Below are positions 28,983 to 37,043 of a DNA stretch of 64,000 bases, piece after piece. Positions within the stretch are counted from its first letter, which is position 1; each line of letters opens with the position of its first letter. The notes under the pieces are model-generated. The model saw only the letters and a list, made by a program, of their open reading frames with translations. It ran no database searches and was not told where the DNA came from. The translations under genes and the position numbers were made by a program. Source of the stretch: an uncultured Lentisphaeraceae bacterium (lineage in GTDB: Bacteria > Verrucomicrobiota > Kiritimatiellia > RFP12 > UBA1067); NCBI GenBank assembly GCA_964440985.1, contig CAYTWE010000004.1, forward strand, positions 3,092 through 67,091, in the 5' to 3' direction.

Positions 28983-31385
28983 CTACCTGGCAAAATCCAG
29001 CAGCCTCACCGTCTCCGGAGGGATCGTCGCTTCGGCAGCTCCGTTGATGAACCGCCACTCTGCACCGGCCACAAGCTCCTTTGCCCGCTTTGCACCGGTA
29101 AGCGACCTGATCCTCACGTTCTGCGGCGTTGTGCCTGAATTGAACACGGTCAGGTATCTGTCGCCAAACTGCTCGACGAACACCGATGGCGTCTCGGAGA
29201 CGGCAAGGGTGTTGACCGGACGCCATCCGGCCTCAGAGATCATTCGGCAGAGCGGCACGTACTTCTTGAACAGCGGACGGTCACGATTGTACAGTTCAGG
29301 GCACGAGAAGTAGTGCCCGCCGGAGGCGTTCGGACTGAAGAAGCTCGGAAGCAGGCCATAGGCGAGCGTACGCTGCATGTACTTCTCTACCATCTCGTGA
29401 GTGAACTTGCTGAAATCCACGTTCATCAGGAAGCAGTACGGCTTGCCGCCGCTTATCGCCCGACGGTAGAGCAGCTCTTCGTCGGACATCGGCTTCCACT
29501 GCGCCGTCTTGTGGTCAATCCACCCGGTCTCAGTCCCGTTGTAGTCGCTGTACGGAACGAGCCACGGCCAGCGGTTCGGAACGGCGTTGCACATCAGGAG
29601 GCGACCTATCGAATGGCATCTATCAGATGCGGCGCGAACGTACTCGTAGAACATGAGCGACTTGGCGAGAGCTGGACGCTTCGTCTCCTTGGAATAGACA
29701 AGCGGCGTCTTTGAATACGCAAAATGCTCGCGGTTGAAGTTCACATCCGGAGTGACATACCCTTCTGCGGAGTCGATGTACTCACCGTCCACGCCCTGCG
29801 GGAACGTCTTGCCGCCGTAGCGTCCGTTCCACTCCTTGTCCGAGAACTTGTAGGCGTATTCGCCGCCGGGGAGCGACGGAAGCGGACACAGATTCCATAC
29901 CGCGCCGCTGCACCACGGCTCATCCTTGACCTTGCCGACAACACTTCCGTGTTCATCGCGAAAGGCAGACCTGCGCCACGCAATGGCGAATTCGTTTCCG
30001 TTTGCGGCCTGCCTGTCGCCCTCGATGAAGCAGTCGCCGATTGTGTATCCGCCCATTCCCTTCGGCATCGCCATCCACCATGTGGACGGTTCCGTGTAGC
30101 GGAACGTGAGTATGCCGTGGGCATCGTCCCAGCCCGGCTCTCCGTCGCCCTCCTTCACGCCAAATCCAAAATCATCCCACCCTTCGACCTTGCTGATGTT
30201 GTGGAACGCCATCCATATGCCGTGCCTTTTGATCCTGACTTCGTTGAGTTCCGGATAGAGTGCCTGATACGTCGCAAGAGCGCCGCGGAATCCGTGCTTT
30301 GCCGGGAACGCAAAGCGCACGAAACGGAAATGCGCGTCGGGATGCTCCTTGGCGAATCCGAGGTCGAATGCGATGAACAGCTGACGCAGACGCTGGTGGG
30401 CGGTCACGCGGAACACGGCAGGCGCCGTGCAGTCAATGCCGAGCGCAACGCCCTTTCCGTCAACGGTCACGGCGCCAAACGGCCAACGGGACATCAGCCC
30501 TTCACCTGCGTTCTGCTGAATCGTGGTGCGGAACTGGACATCGCCCTCCGCATCGAGCGTCACGTCTGTGCGCGGATCGGAATGCCACACCATCGGCGCG
30601 GCTTCATCGAACGGAATCGCGTACACAAGCGTGACGGCCCTGTCACGTCCGGAAAGCTCACGCGCCGTGACATCGAAGATCGTGGCATCTGCAATCTGCT
30701 CCGTCTTCACGTCAAGCGCAATCTTCTCCGCCTCGCCGCCGGACGCAACGGAAACGAAACCGCGACCGGCCGTGACGTCTCGCACCATGAAACCGGGCGC
30801 TTCGAGCCTGCGCTGCCGTGAGAGATCCGCAAAGCAGGTGTCATACATCGAAATCGCGCCAAGCGAATGCAGACGGACGACCGGTGCACGGAACTTGACG
30901 CGGCCGGCGACGTTCCTCAAAAGCAGATTGCAGGAGAACGACTTGACCGGCTTGTTCGGCATTACCGTCACTTTCCCCTTCTGCCAGCCGAGACCAGGAT
31001 TGCGGGTGAACTGGGCGCACTGTCCGTACAGCGACGTTCCGTCCGCATACTGCACGTCGATGTAGAGAGCGTAGTCGTTGGAGCGCTCTCCGCGCACGGA
31101 GACGGCCAGGCTCTCCGCCGTAACGGTGAACGGTGCGGCATTGGTCTGATTCAAGTTTACGTTCCACGATGCGCCACGGGACACCTTGGAATCCTTGCCG
31201 TTGTCGCACACGATAACGTCCGAACCCTCAAATGCGAACCCTTCGCCAAACTTGCGGCATTTGTCGAAGGACAGGTCCCGCACAGATACGCCAGCCGTTC
31301 CGGAAGCCTCCGGATACACCACGCCGCCCACAAGCGGAAGCGCAAAGATCGCAACCGCCGCAAAAAACAGATTTGATGCCTTCAT
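28983..31385 (-). CDS. Large secreted hypothetical protein, glycoside-hydrolase-like.
   Basis: Signal peptide MKASNLFFAAVAIFALPLV, 800 aa, Trp/aromatic-rich carbohydrate-active-enzyme-like composition. I recognise no confident family. The start at 31385 is leaderless. Confidence 0.4.
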   Translation of the reverse strand: MKASNLFFAAVAIFALPLVGGVVYPEASGTAGVSVRDLSFDKCRKFGEGFAFEGSDVIVCDNGKDSKVSRGASWNVNLNQTNAAPFTVTAESLAVSVRGERSNDYALYIDVQYADGTSLYGQCAQFTRNPGLGWQKGKVTVMPNKPVKSFSCNLLLRNVAGRVKFRAPVVRLHSLGAISMYDTCFADLSRQRRLEAPGFMVRDVTAGRGFVSVASGGEAEKIALDVKTEQIADATIFDVTARELSGRDRAVTLVYAIPFDEAAPMVWHSDPRTDVTLDAEGDVQFRTTIQQNAGEGLMSRWPFGAVTVDGKGVALGIDCTAPAVFRVTAHQRLRQLFIAFDLGFAKEHPDAHFRFVRFAFPAKHGFRGALATYQALYPELNEVRIKRHGIWMAFHNISKVEGWDDFGFGVKEGDGEPGWDDAHGILTFRYTEPSTWWMAMPKGMGGYTIGDCFIEGDRQAANGNEFAIAWRRSAFRDEHGSVVGKVKDEPWCSGAVWNLCPLPSLPGGEYAYKFSDKEWNGRYGGKTFPQGVDGEYIDSAEGYVTPDVNFNREHFAYSKTPLVYSKETKRPALAKSLMFYEYVRAASDRCHSIGRLLMCNAVPNRWPWLVPYSDYNGTETGWIDHKTAQWKPMSDEELLYRRAISGGKPYCFLMNVDFSKFTHEMVEKYMQRTLAYGLLPSFFSPNASGGHYFSCPELYNRDRPLFKKYVPLCRMISEAGWRPVNTLAVSETPSVFVEQFGDRYLTVFNSGTTPQNVRIRSLTGAKRAKELVAGAEWRFINGAAEATIPPETVRLLDFAR

Positions 31386-31392
31386 GTGCCGC

Positions 31393-31401
31393 ATTGTATC
31401 A
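31393..31401 (-). promoter_or_regulatory. Extended -10 (TGATACAAT) 7 nt upstream of the ATG, giving a leaderless transcript.
   Basis: The reverse complement is TTATGATACAAT-gcggcac-ATG. Confidence 0.45.
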
Positions 31402-33624
31402 TAATGAACCGCCGAGGACACGTGCAACGTGCGGAAGGAAGGCGGCGGACAACGCCTTGTATCCGGCGTCGGTCGGGTGGGCTGAATCCGACATCATCCC
31501 GTGCACGATGTCGCCGTTTGCGTCAACGAATCGTCCCCCCGCATTCTCAAAGCTGACCTTCCCGTCATATCCGTACGACGGGATTCGCGACAAAAGCGCA
31601 TTCAGCCTGTCCACGTTCCGGCGAAGCGGACTTCCCGGTGTCCCCGCCGGCAGGGCGCCCATCAGCAGAATGCGCGCCTGCGGCTGGATGCGCCGGATGC
31701 GGCCGATCAGGCCTCTGATCGCCTGCGCCGTCTCCTCCGGTGAATCCGCCTTCCCCTCTTCGTCCGGCACAAGGTTGTTTCTGCCGAGCATGATTACAAC
31801 CAGCTGTGTACGCACGTTCTTGAGTTCGCCGTTGTCGACTCGCCAAAGCGCGTTCTCCGTGCGGTCGCCAGCACAGCTCATGTTCATGACGCGCACACGG
31901 CGGTCGAACATCGCCTTCCAGCGCGGCAGCGTCAGCGAGTCGTCCGTCTCGCCGATGGAGTCGATGCCCGACCACAGATGGAGCGCATCGTCGCCGATGA
32001 ACACGACATTCGGATTCGTGCGCCATGTCTTGGCTTCCGCCAATATGTAGTCATGCCGTTCGCGCCAGTCATAGCCAACGGCCCGTACGTTCTCCGCCGG
32101 CTGCAGGGCACGGCTGGCCGGAACGCCCTCCGGCGTCGGGGCGGCGTTCACGCCCATCCGGCGAAGCCTCGGAATGTGATCGCCCATCCGCCGAAGGAAA
32201 TCGCCGTAATTGAGGGCGGACTTCTCCGACCACAGGATTTCCGCAACGGCGCACAGCCTCGGAAAGCCCTGCCACATAAGCTCTTCCGGAACACGTATTC
32301 CCTCCGACCAGAGAAGCCCCTCCGAACCCAGCACATGACCGGCAAATTCGCCGGGAACGCCGTCTGTCGGATCGAAAGAGTAGACGCGGGAAAGCGGCAG
32401 CCCGCCGCCGTCCGACCGCCACGGATCGTCGGGAATCCCCTGCTTCTGGTCAAGGTACATCAACCGGTTCGGACAGACCACGCAGTCGACGCCGTTCGTG
32501 GCGGCGAAAGCCGCCTTCTCCGTTCCAAGCCAGCACATGGCCGCCGTGTTTCCGCAGATGCCGCCGTCCAGCATCTCCTCCCAGCCAATGGCACGTTTGC
32601 CCTTCTTCATCAGATACTCCGCGAAATGGCGCATCAGCCACGTCTGCAGCGCATTCTCGTCCTTCAGCCCGGCGGACTTGATGCGGGCCTGGCATTTCGG
32701 ACACTTCCGCCAGCGGATCTTCGGACACTCGTCGCCGCCGATGTGGATGAACTCGGAATGCTTGAACAGGCGACAGTATTCGTCAAGAACGCTTTCAAGG
32801 AAGGCGATTGCGCGGTCGTTTCCGGCGCAGTACAGCTCGCGCTTGACGCCCCATTTCACGTCCACGCGGCGTTCAAGCCGCTCTCCAAGGCACGAGAATT
32901 CCGGATAGGCCGTAAGCGCGGCCCTGGAGTGTCCGGGAATCTCAAGCTCCGGCACGATCTTGACATGATGCCGTTCCGCGAACTCGACGATCTCCTTGAT
33001 ATCCTCCTCCGTGTAGAAATGCGGCCCGTACCGCCGTCCGTCGCCCTCAGCGGAGTTGTCGAAGCGCGGACTTTCCGCCCGAACTGCCCCCCGTGCCGTC
33101 AGCTCCGGCCATTTCCGGATCTCGATGCGCCACCCCTGGTCTTCCGTCAGGTGCCAATGCAGAACGTTCAGCTTGTTGAACGCCATGGCCTCGATTATCT
33201 TCTTGATCGTCTCCTTGCCGAAGAAATGGCGTCCTTCGTCCACAAGGCAGCCCCGCCAGCGGAAGCGCGGCCAGTCCCGTATGCGGCAGAACGGATACGA
33301 GACCTGCTCGCCCACGCCCTGCGCCAGCTGCCGAAGCGTAATCCGCGCATAAAACGCGCCGTCGCCGTCCGACGACGCCACGCGAACGCCACTGGCATCG
33401 ACCGTCAGTTCATATCCCGCTTTCGGCTGGGCCGCATCAAAGACGTCAACCACATTTGTGCCGCTGTACATCCCGTCACGCCATTCAACCTGCCGAGGCG
33501 CAGGAACGATCGACGGCAGGATGCCTGTGCCACCGGCACCCGCCCCCGCATATGCGAAAACGGCTACTGAACACGCAAGCGCGCAGACCGCGCCCCTCAC
33601 GGACATTTTCTTTTCACTCATCAT
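31399..33624 (-). CDS. Bifunctional secreted beta-N-acetylhexosaminidase (GH20) fused to a C-terminal SGNH/GDSL esterase domain.
   Basis: GH20 catalytic core (RFRWRGCLVDEGRHFF...LNVLHWHLTEDQGWRIEI). C-terminal VVFIGDDALHLWSG...LLMGALPAG matches SGNH blocks I and III. Signal peptide present. Confidence 0.7.
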   Translation of the reverse strand: MMSEKKMSVRGAVCALACSVAVFAYAGAGAGGTGILPSIVPAPRQVEWRDGMYSGTNVVDVFDAAQPKAGYELTVDASGVRVASSDGDGAFYARITLRQLAQGVGEQVSYPFCRIRDWPRFRWRGCLVDEGRHFFGKETIKKIIEAMAFNKLNVLHWHLTEDQGWRIEIRKWPELTARGAVRAESPRFDNSAEGDGRRYGPHFYTEEDIKEIVEFAERHHVKIVPELEIPGHSRAALTAYPEFSCLGERLERRVDVKWGVKRELYCAGNDRAIAFLESVLDEYCRLFKHSEFIHIGGDECPKIRWRKCPKCQARIKSAGLKDENALQTWLMRHFAEYLMKKGKRAIGWEEMLDGGICGNTAAMCWLGTEKAAFAATNGVDCVVCPNRLMYLDQKQGIPDDPWRSDGGGLPLSRVYSFDPTDGVPGEFAGHVLGSEGLLWSEGIRVPEELMWQGFPRLCAVAEILWSEKSALNYGDFLRRMGDHIPRLRRMGVNAAPTPEGVPASRALQPAENVRAVGYDWRERHDYILAEAKTWRTNPNVVFIGDDALHLWSGIDSIGETDDSLTLPRWKAMFDRRVRVMNMSCAGDRTENALWRVDNGELKNVRTQLVVIMLGRNNLVPDEEGKADSPEETAQAIRGLIGRIRRIQPQARILLMGALPAGTPGSPLRRNVDRLNALLSRIPSYGYDGKVSFENAGGRFVDANGDIVHGMMSDSAHPTDAGYKALSAAFLPHVARVLGGSL

Positions 33625-33641
33625 CAACACCTTTCCTTCCG

Positions 33642-33647
33642 ATTATA
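33642..33647 (-). promoter_or_regulatory. -10 hexamer TATAAT upstream of the GH20-SGNH gene, with a GGAAGGAAAGG RBS.
   Basis: The reverse complement is GGTATAATCGGAAGGAAAGGTGTTGATGATG. Confidence 0.4.
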
Positions 33648-33993
33648 CCGTCAGGCGCAAACTTATGTTCAGCGCCTTTCCCCGGCACGTAAGCGACGGA
33701 TAGAAGAGAACGATCCTTTCTGCGTCTGCCGTGACGGTCGGCGTCTGCTCCGCCCCCAGCACGGGCACCTCACGCTCCTCATGTCCGCCGCGCCGGTCGT
33801 CGAAATAGAGCCGCCACAGCTGTGCGCCGCCCGCCCAGTCATGCCCCGTCGCCTTGCATACGAGCGCCTTCAGTTCGCCCCTGTCTCCGACTTCGACGCG
33901 CACAAGGCCGTTCTCAAGACTTGCCGCCGCCGCTACTGACGCGACGCCGGCCAATGCCAGCGCGAGCAGACCGGTTTTTCGCGAATAATTCAT
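33643..33993 (-). CDS. Small secreted hypothetical protein (116 aa).
   Basis: Signal peptide MNYSRKTGLLALALAGVASVAAAAS. It could be a free-standing N-terminal-like domain or a gene remnant. Confidence 0.35.
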   Translation of the reverse strand: MNYSRKTGLLALALAGVASVAAAASLENGLVRVEVGDRGELKALVCKATGHDWAGGAQLWRLYFDDRRGGHEEREVPVLGAEQTPTVTADAERIVLFYPSLTCRGKALNISLRLTV

Positions 33994-33995
33994 CT

Positions 33996-36900
33996 TCACC
34001 TCTCCCATACCGCGACATCAAGCGGACCAAGTTCCGTCGACTGCGTTGTTCCAAACACGAACCGCCATTTGCCGTTCAATTCGATTCGCTTCCTCTCACG
34101 CGAGAGGTTGGCGAAAAACACGAGGTCGCGTCCATCCGCAGTACGCCCCGTGCGCCACATCACGCCGTACGGCGCCCGTGCGTCGTCCCTCGGCGGCGCG
34201 GCGAGCGCGGCGTAGTCCACCGGACGGTACGGCAGCGGCAGCGTCTGCCGACGCTCGCCGCGTTCGTCCTTCGCAAGCGCCGTCGGCGCGGAGAAGAGGA
34301 GCGTGCCGCCGTCGGCAACGAAGCGTTCGAGCGCAGCGTACACGCGGTCGGAGACGCGTCGTGCGTCGGGAAGCACGATCTTCTTGGCGCCCTTGAAATC
34401 TCCGCGCTCAAGGTCACGCTCCGTGATGAACCGCACCGCCCAGCCGGAGAATGACGCCTTGCCGTAGACGTCGTACAGCGACCGCACGTAGGCGTCGCGT
34501 TCGCCAAACGACGCGACGGAATGGAACAGCCGGAACGGCGGATCGGGCGTACGCCTGAACGCGGCGATCTCCTCCGGATGCGCCCGGCAGTCAAGCGCCG
34601 CACGAAGCGTCGCGTGGTATGTGTTCGCACGCGTGAACGCATACTCGCCGTACGTGTGACGTGTGTTCGCCCACTCCCAGATTGATGATGCGTTCAGCCC
34701 CATGAGAAACGCCAGCACGTTTGAGAGGTAGATTTCCTTCTCGGAATACTCCCTGTACACGCCGTCCACGATCACGTGCGTTTCGTTGTCGGCGATCGGC
34801 TTCTCCGGCGCAACGGAACGCGCAAAGTCAAGCTCGAACCCGCCCTTCGGGAAGTCCATCGCCCATTCACTTCCGTCCAGCCCGAATCCGCCGTCGAAGC
34901 CGACGATGTCGAAGATCTCCCACAGCCGCTCAAAATCCGCCATGACGACAAGCGGATCCAGCCCGGCAATGTTGTAGTGCGTGGAGTAGTGGACGGTCGT
35001 GGGCAGGCCAAAGCGCCGCTTGAGCCAGTCCTGCTGCGGAATCTCGCGGGCGATGTTTCGCTCTAACTGCGCCTGCATCCGTGCGAACTTCCCGCCCTCG
35101 TCGCCCGCCGGCGGCTTGGAGTCCCACTGCTCCGGGAATGACACCTGAAACACGAACGCCGGCGACGGATTGGACGGCACGAGCGAGCCAAGCCAATAGC
35201 CGCGCCCGCCACGATATGCGTTCTGCAGATCGGCGGACGCGACAGCCAGCGGGTCGTGCGCCGTCAGGTCATGCGAGGAGGCGTGCGCCGATCCCCAGGC
35301 GCAGTATACGCCGTTCGTCTCGCAGCGGCGCACGACGTCGGCGTAGTTCGTTCCGCCGATGTAGAAGCAGTTCACGAGGTTGAACCCGGTCTTCGCAATC
35401 CATTCGACGTCCGCATTCTCCCACCCGGCGACGTTCGTCCAGGTGTCAGGGCCAATCAGGAGAATCTCCCGACCGTCAACCTTGAACCCGCCCTCCGACG
35501 GCACGGGACGTACGCCACGCGGATACTTGACCGTCCGAAGCGGCGCAACCTTTCCGTCCGCAATGGCCCTCTGACGCGCCGCGAGTCCCCGTTGCAGCCG
35601 TTCGAGGTCGATGGCATTCTTCAACACGCGCTCATCCATGTAGTGCCGATATCCGTCCGTAATGGCCTTGCGCACATGACCGACGGCGATGTGTCCCTCG
35701 GCATCCAGGTCGCGTCGCATGAATTCCACGAAATAGTCCGTCATCGCCTTGACCGCGATGGAATACTCGTCGTCCTCTGCGACGCGCAGTGCGGCATTGG
35801 CGGCGGCGATCGCGTCCACCCTGCGGCGCAACTCGTCCCGCGTGGGCAGTTTGGCGCGTTCCGGCTCAAATCCCGTCTCTACGCGCACAAGGTCGACGAA
35901 CGGCCACAGTCTCGGGTCACGGCCGCCCAAAACACCATCGGCGACGCCCATCCAGTTCTCGACGGCATCGCCCCGATCCCGATCGACTACGCAGACGTTG
36001 AAGCGGATTCCGTCCTCACGCCGCATCCCGGCCTCGGCAAGTTCACGCCACTGGAATCTGACCTTAACCTCATCACCGGGATAGAAGCGCTCAAAGGTGC
36101 GCCCGCCAGCCGCATCGGCAAACACGACATGGACGCCGTCATCCTTTGTCTTCACGTCATCAGTGACGCGCACATCAACGTCAATGCCCTGTTCGGTCGC
36201 CGTCACGTGCGCGACGAACGAAAGATCGGAAGCGCCCGACCATGTCGGAGACGCGAGCGGACGATAGTCCTTCGTCTCGCTCCGACTGATTTCGCCGCCG
36301 GCAACGCCCCAATCGCACGCACGCAGCGCACGGAGTGCATCGAGATCCCTCGCGCCGCCTACGCGGCCAAACGCGATCGACTGCGCAATGCGTTCGCCTG
36401 GGGCGACGCCCCTTCCCTGACGCGGCGCGGGAATGTCGGCCTGGGCGCAGAACGTGCCGGGCTTGCCGTCACCACGCGGACAGAACGTCCCGAACTCGCG
36501 CCCCATGTACCACGTCTCGCCGCCAGTCGTGCGTCCAAGCACGTACCGCCCGGCCTTCACCTTGTAGCCGCCATCCTTCGACCGGAACTCCTTCGTCGTC
36601 GGGAACGGCGCAAATTCCGTCCCGTCAATGGCGTAGTCCGTCACCTCAAGCCCCATCCCCATGTTCCACGATATGAAATGGAACGGCTCCAGCACGTTCA
36701 GGCGCGAGGCCGCCACCACGCCGGGTACGCCCGGCTTCATCACGTAGTCTGTGACGAGCCGCGCCTTGGACCACGGTGTCGGCTTCTTGCCGTGCAGGTA
36801 GTCGTGCAAGGACAGCGAACGGTCTGCCCGCACGATGACGACTGGATTTGTGGCAAGCACCGAAAAGACGTCATCGCGCCCGTCGCACACGGCCGCCACC

Positions 36901-37043
36901 ATGCCGTCCGCTCCGGCGACGCGGATGTTCTGCGAGAACCGCCGCGCCCATCCCTTTGCATCGTCAATCGGCGAACCGGCCATCGCCGGGAGCACCAGCA
37001 CCGCAGCCAGCCCGGCAACGAACGCCCTCAACACCACATTCAT
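33996..37043 (-). CDS. Large secreted hypothetical glycoside-hydrolase-like protein (GH42/beta-galactosidase-trimerisation-like C-terminal region).
   Basis: Signal peptide MNVVLRAFVAGLAAVLVLPAMA, 1,015 aa. The C-terminal segment KIVLPDARRVSDRVYAALERFVADGGTLLF resembles glutamine-amidotransferase-like trimerisation domains of GH42. Confidence 0.4.
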   Translation of the reverse strand: MNVVLRAFVAGLAAVLVLPAMAGSPIDDAKGWARRFSQNIRVAGADGMVAAVCDGRDDVFSVLATNPVVIVRADRSLSLHDYLHGKKPTPWSKARLVTDYVMKPGVPGVVAASRLNVLEPFHFISWNMGMGLEVTDYAIDGTEFAPFPTTKEFRSKDGGYKVKAGRYVLGRTTGGETWYMGREFGTFCPRGDGKPGTFCAQADIPAPRQGRGVAPGERIAQSIAFGRVGGARDLDALRALRACDWGVAGGEISRSETKDYRPLASPTWSGASDLSFVAHVTATEQGIDVDVRVTDDVKTKDDGVHVVFADAAGGRTFERFYPGDEVKVRFQWRELAEAGMRREDGIRFNVCVVDRDRGDAVENWMGVADGVLGGRDPRLWPFVDLVRVETGFEPERAKLPTRDELRRRVDAIAAANAALRVAEDDEYSIAVKAMTDYFVEFMRRDLDAEGHIAVGHVRKAITDGYRHYMDERVLKNAIDLERLQRGLAARQRAIADGKVAPLRTVKYPRGVRPVPSEGGFKVDGREILLIGPDTWTNVAGWENADVEWIAKTGFNLVNCFYIGGTNYADVVRRCETNGVYCAWGSAHASSHDLTAHDPLAVASADLQNAYRGGRGYWLGSLVPSNPSPAFVFQVSFPEQWDSKPPAGDEGGKFARMQAQLERNIAREIPQQDWLKRRFGLPTTVHYSTHYNIAGLDPLVVMADFERLWEIFDIVGFDGGFGLDGSEWAMDFPKGGFELDFARSVAPEKPIADNETHVIVDGVYREYSEKEIYLSNVLAFLMGLNASSIWEWANTRHTYGEYAFTRANTYHATLRAALDCRAHPEEIAAFRRTPDPPFRLFHSVASFGERDAYVRSLYDVYGKASFSGWAVRFITERDLERGDFKGAKKIVLPDARRVSDRVYAALERFVADGGTLLFSAPTALAKDERGERRQTLPLPYRPVDYAALAAPPRDDARAPYGVMWRTGRTADGRDLVFFANLSRERKRIELNGKWRFVFGTTQSTELGPLDVAVWER

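Noticed and set aside
33643-33993. The small secreted ORF upstream of the GH20 gene, considered as a frameshifted N-terminus of the GH20 gene (pseudogene).
   Set aside because: The GH20 protein has its own RBS and signal peptide, so the two reading frames are independently complete. A pseudogene cannot be claimed without comparative data; it is kept as a low-confidence hypothetical CDS.
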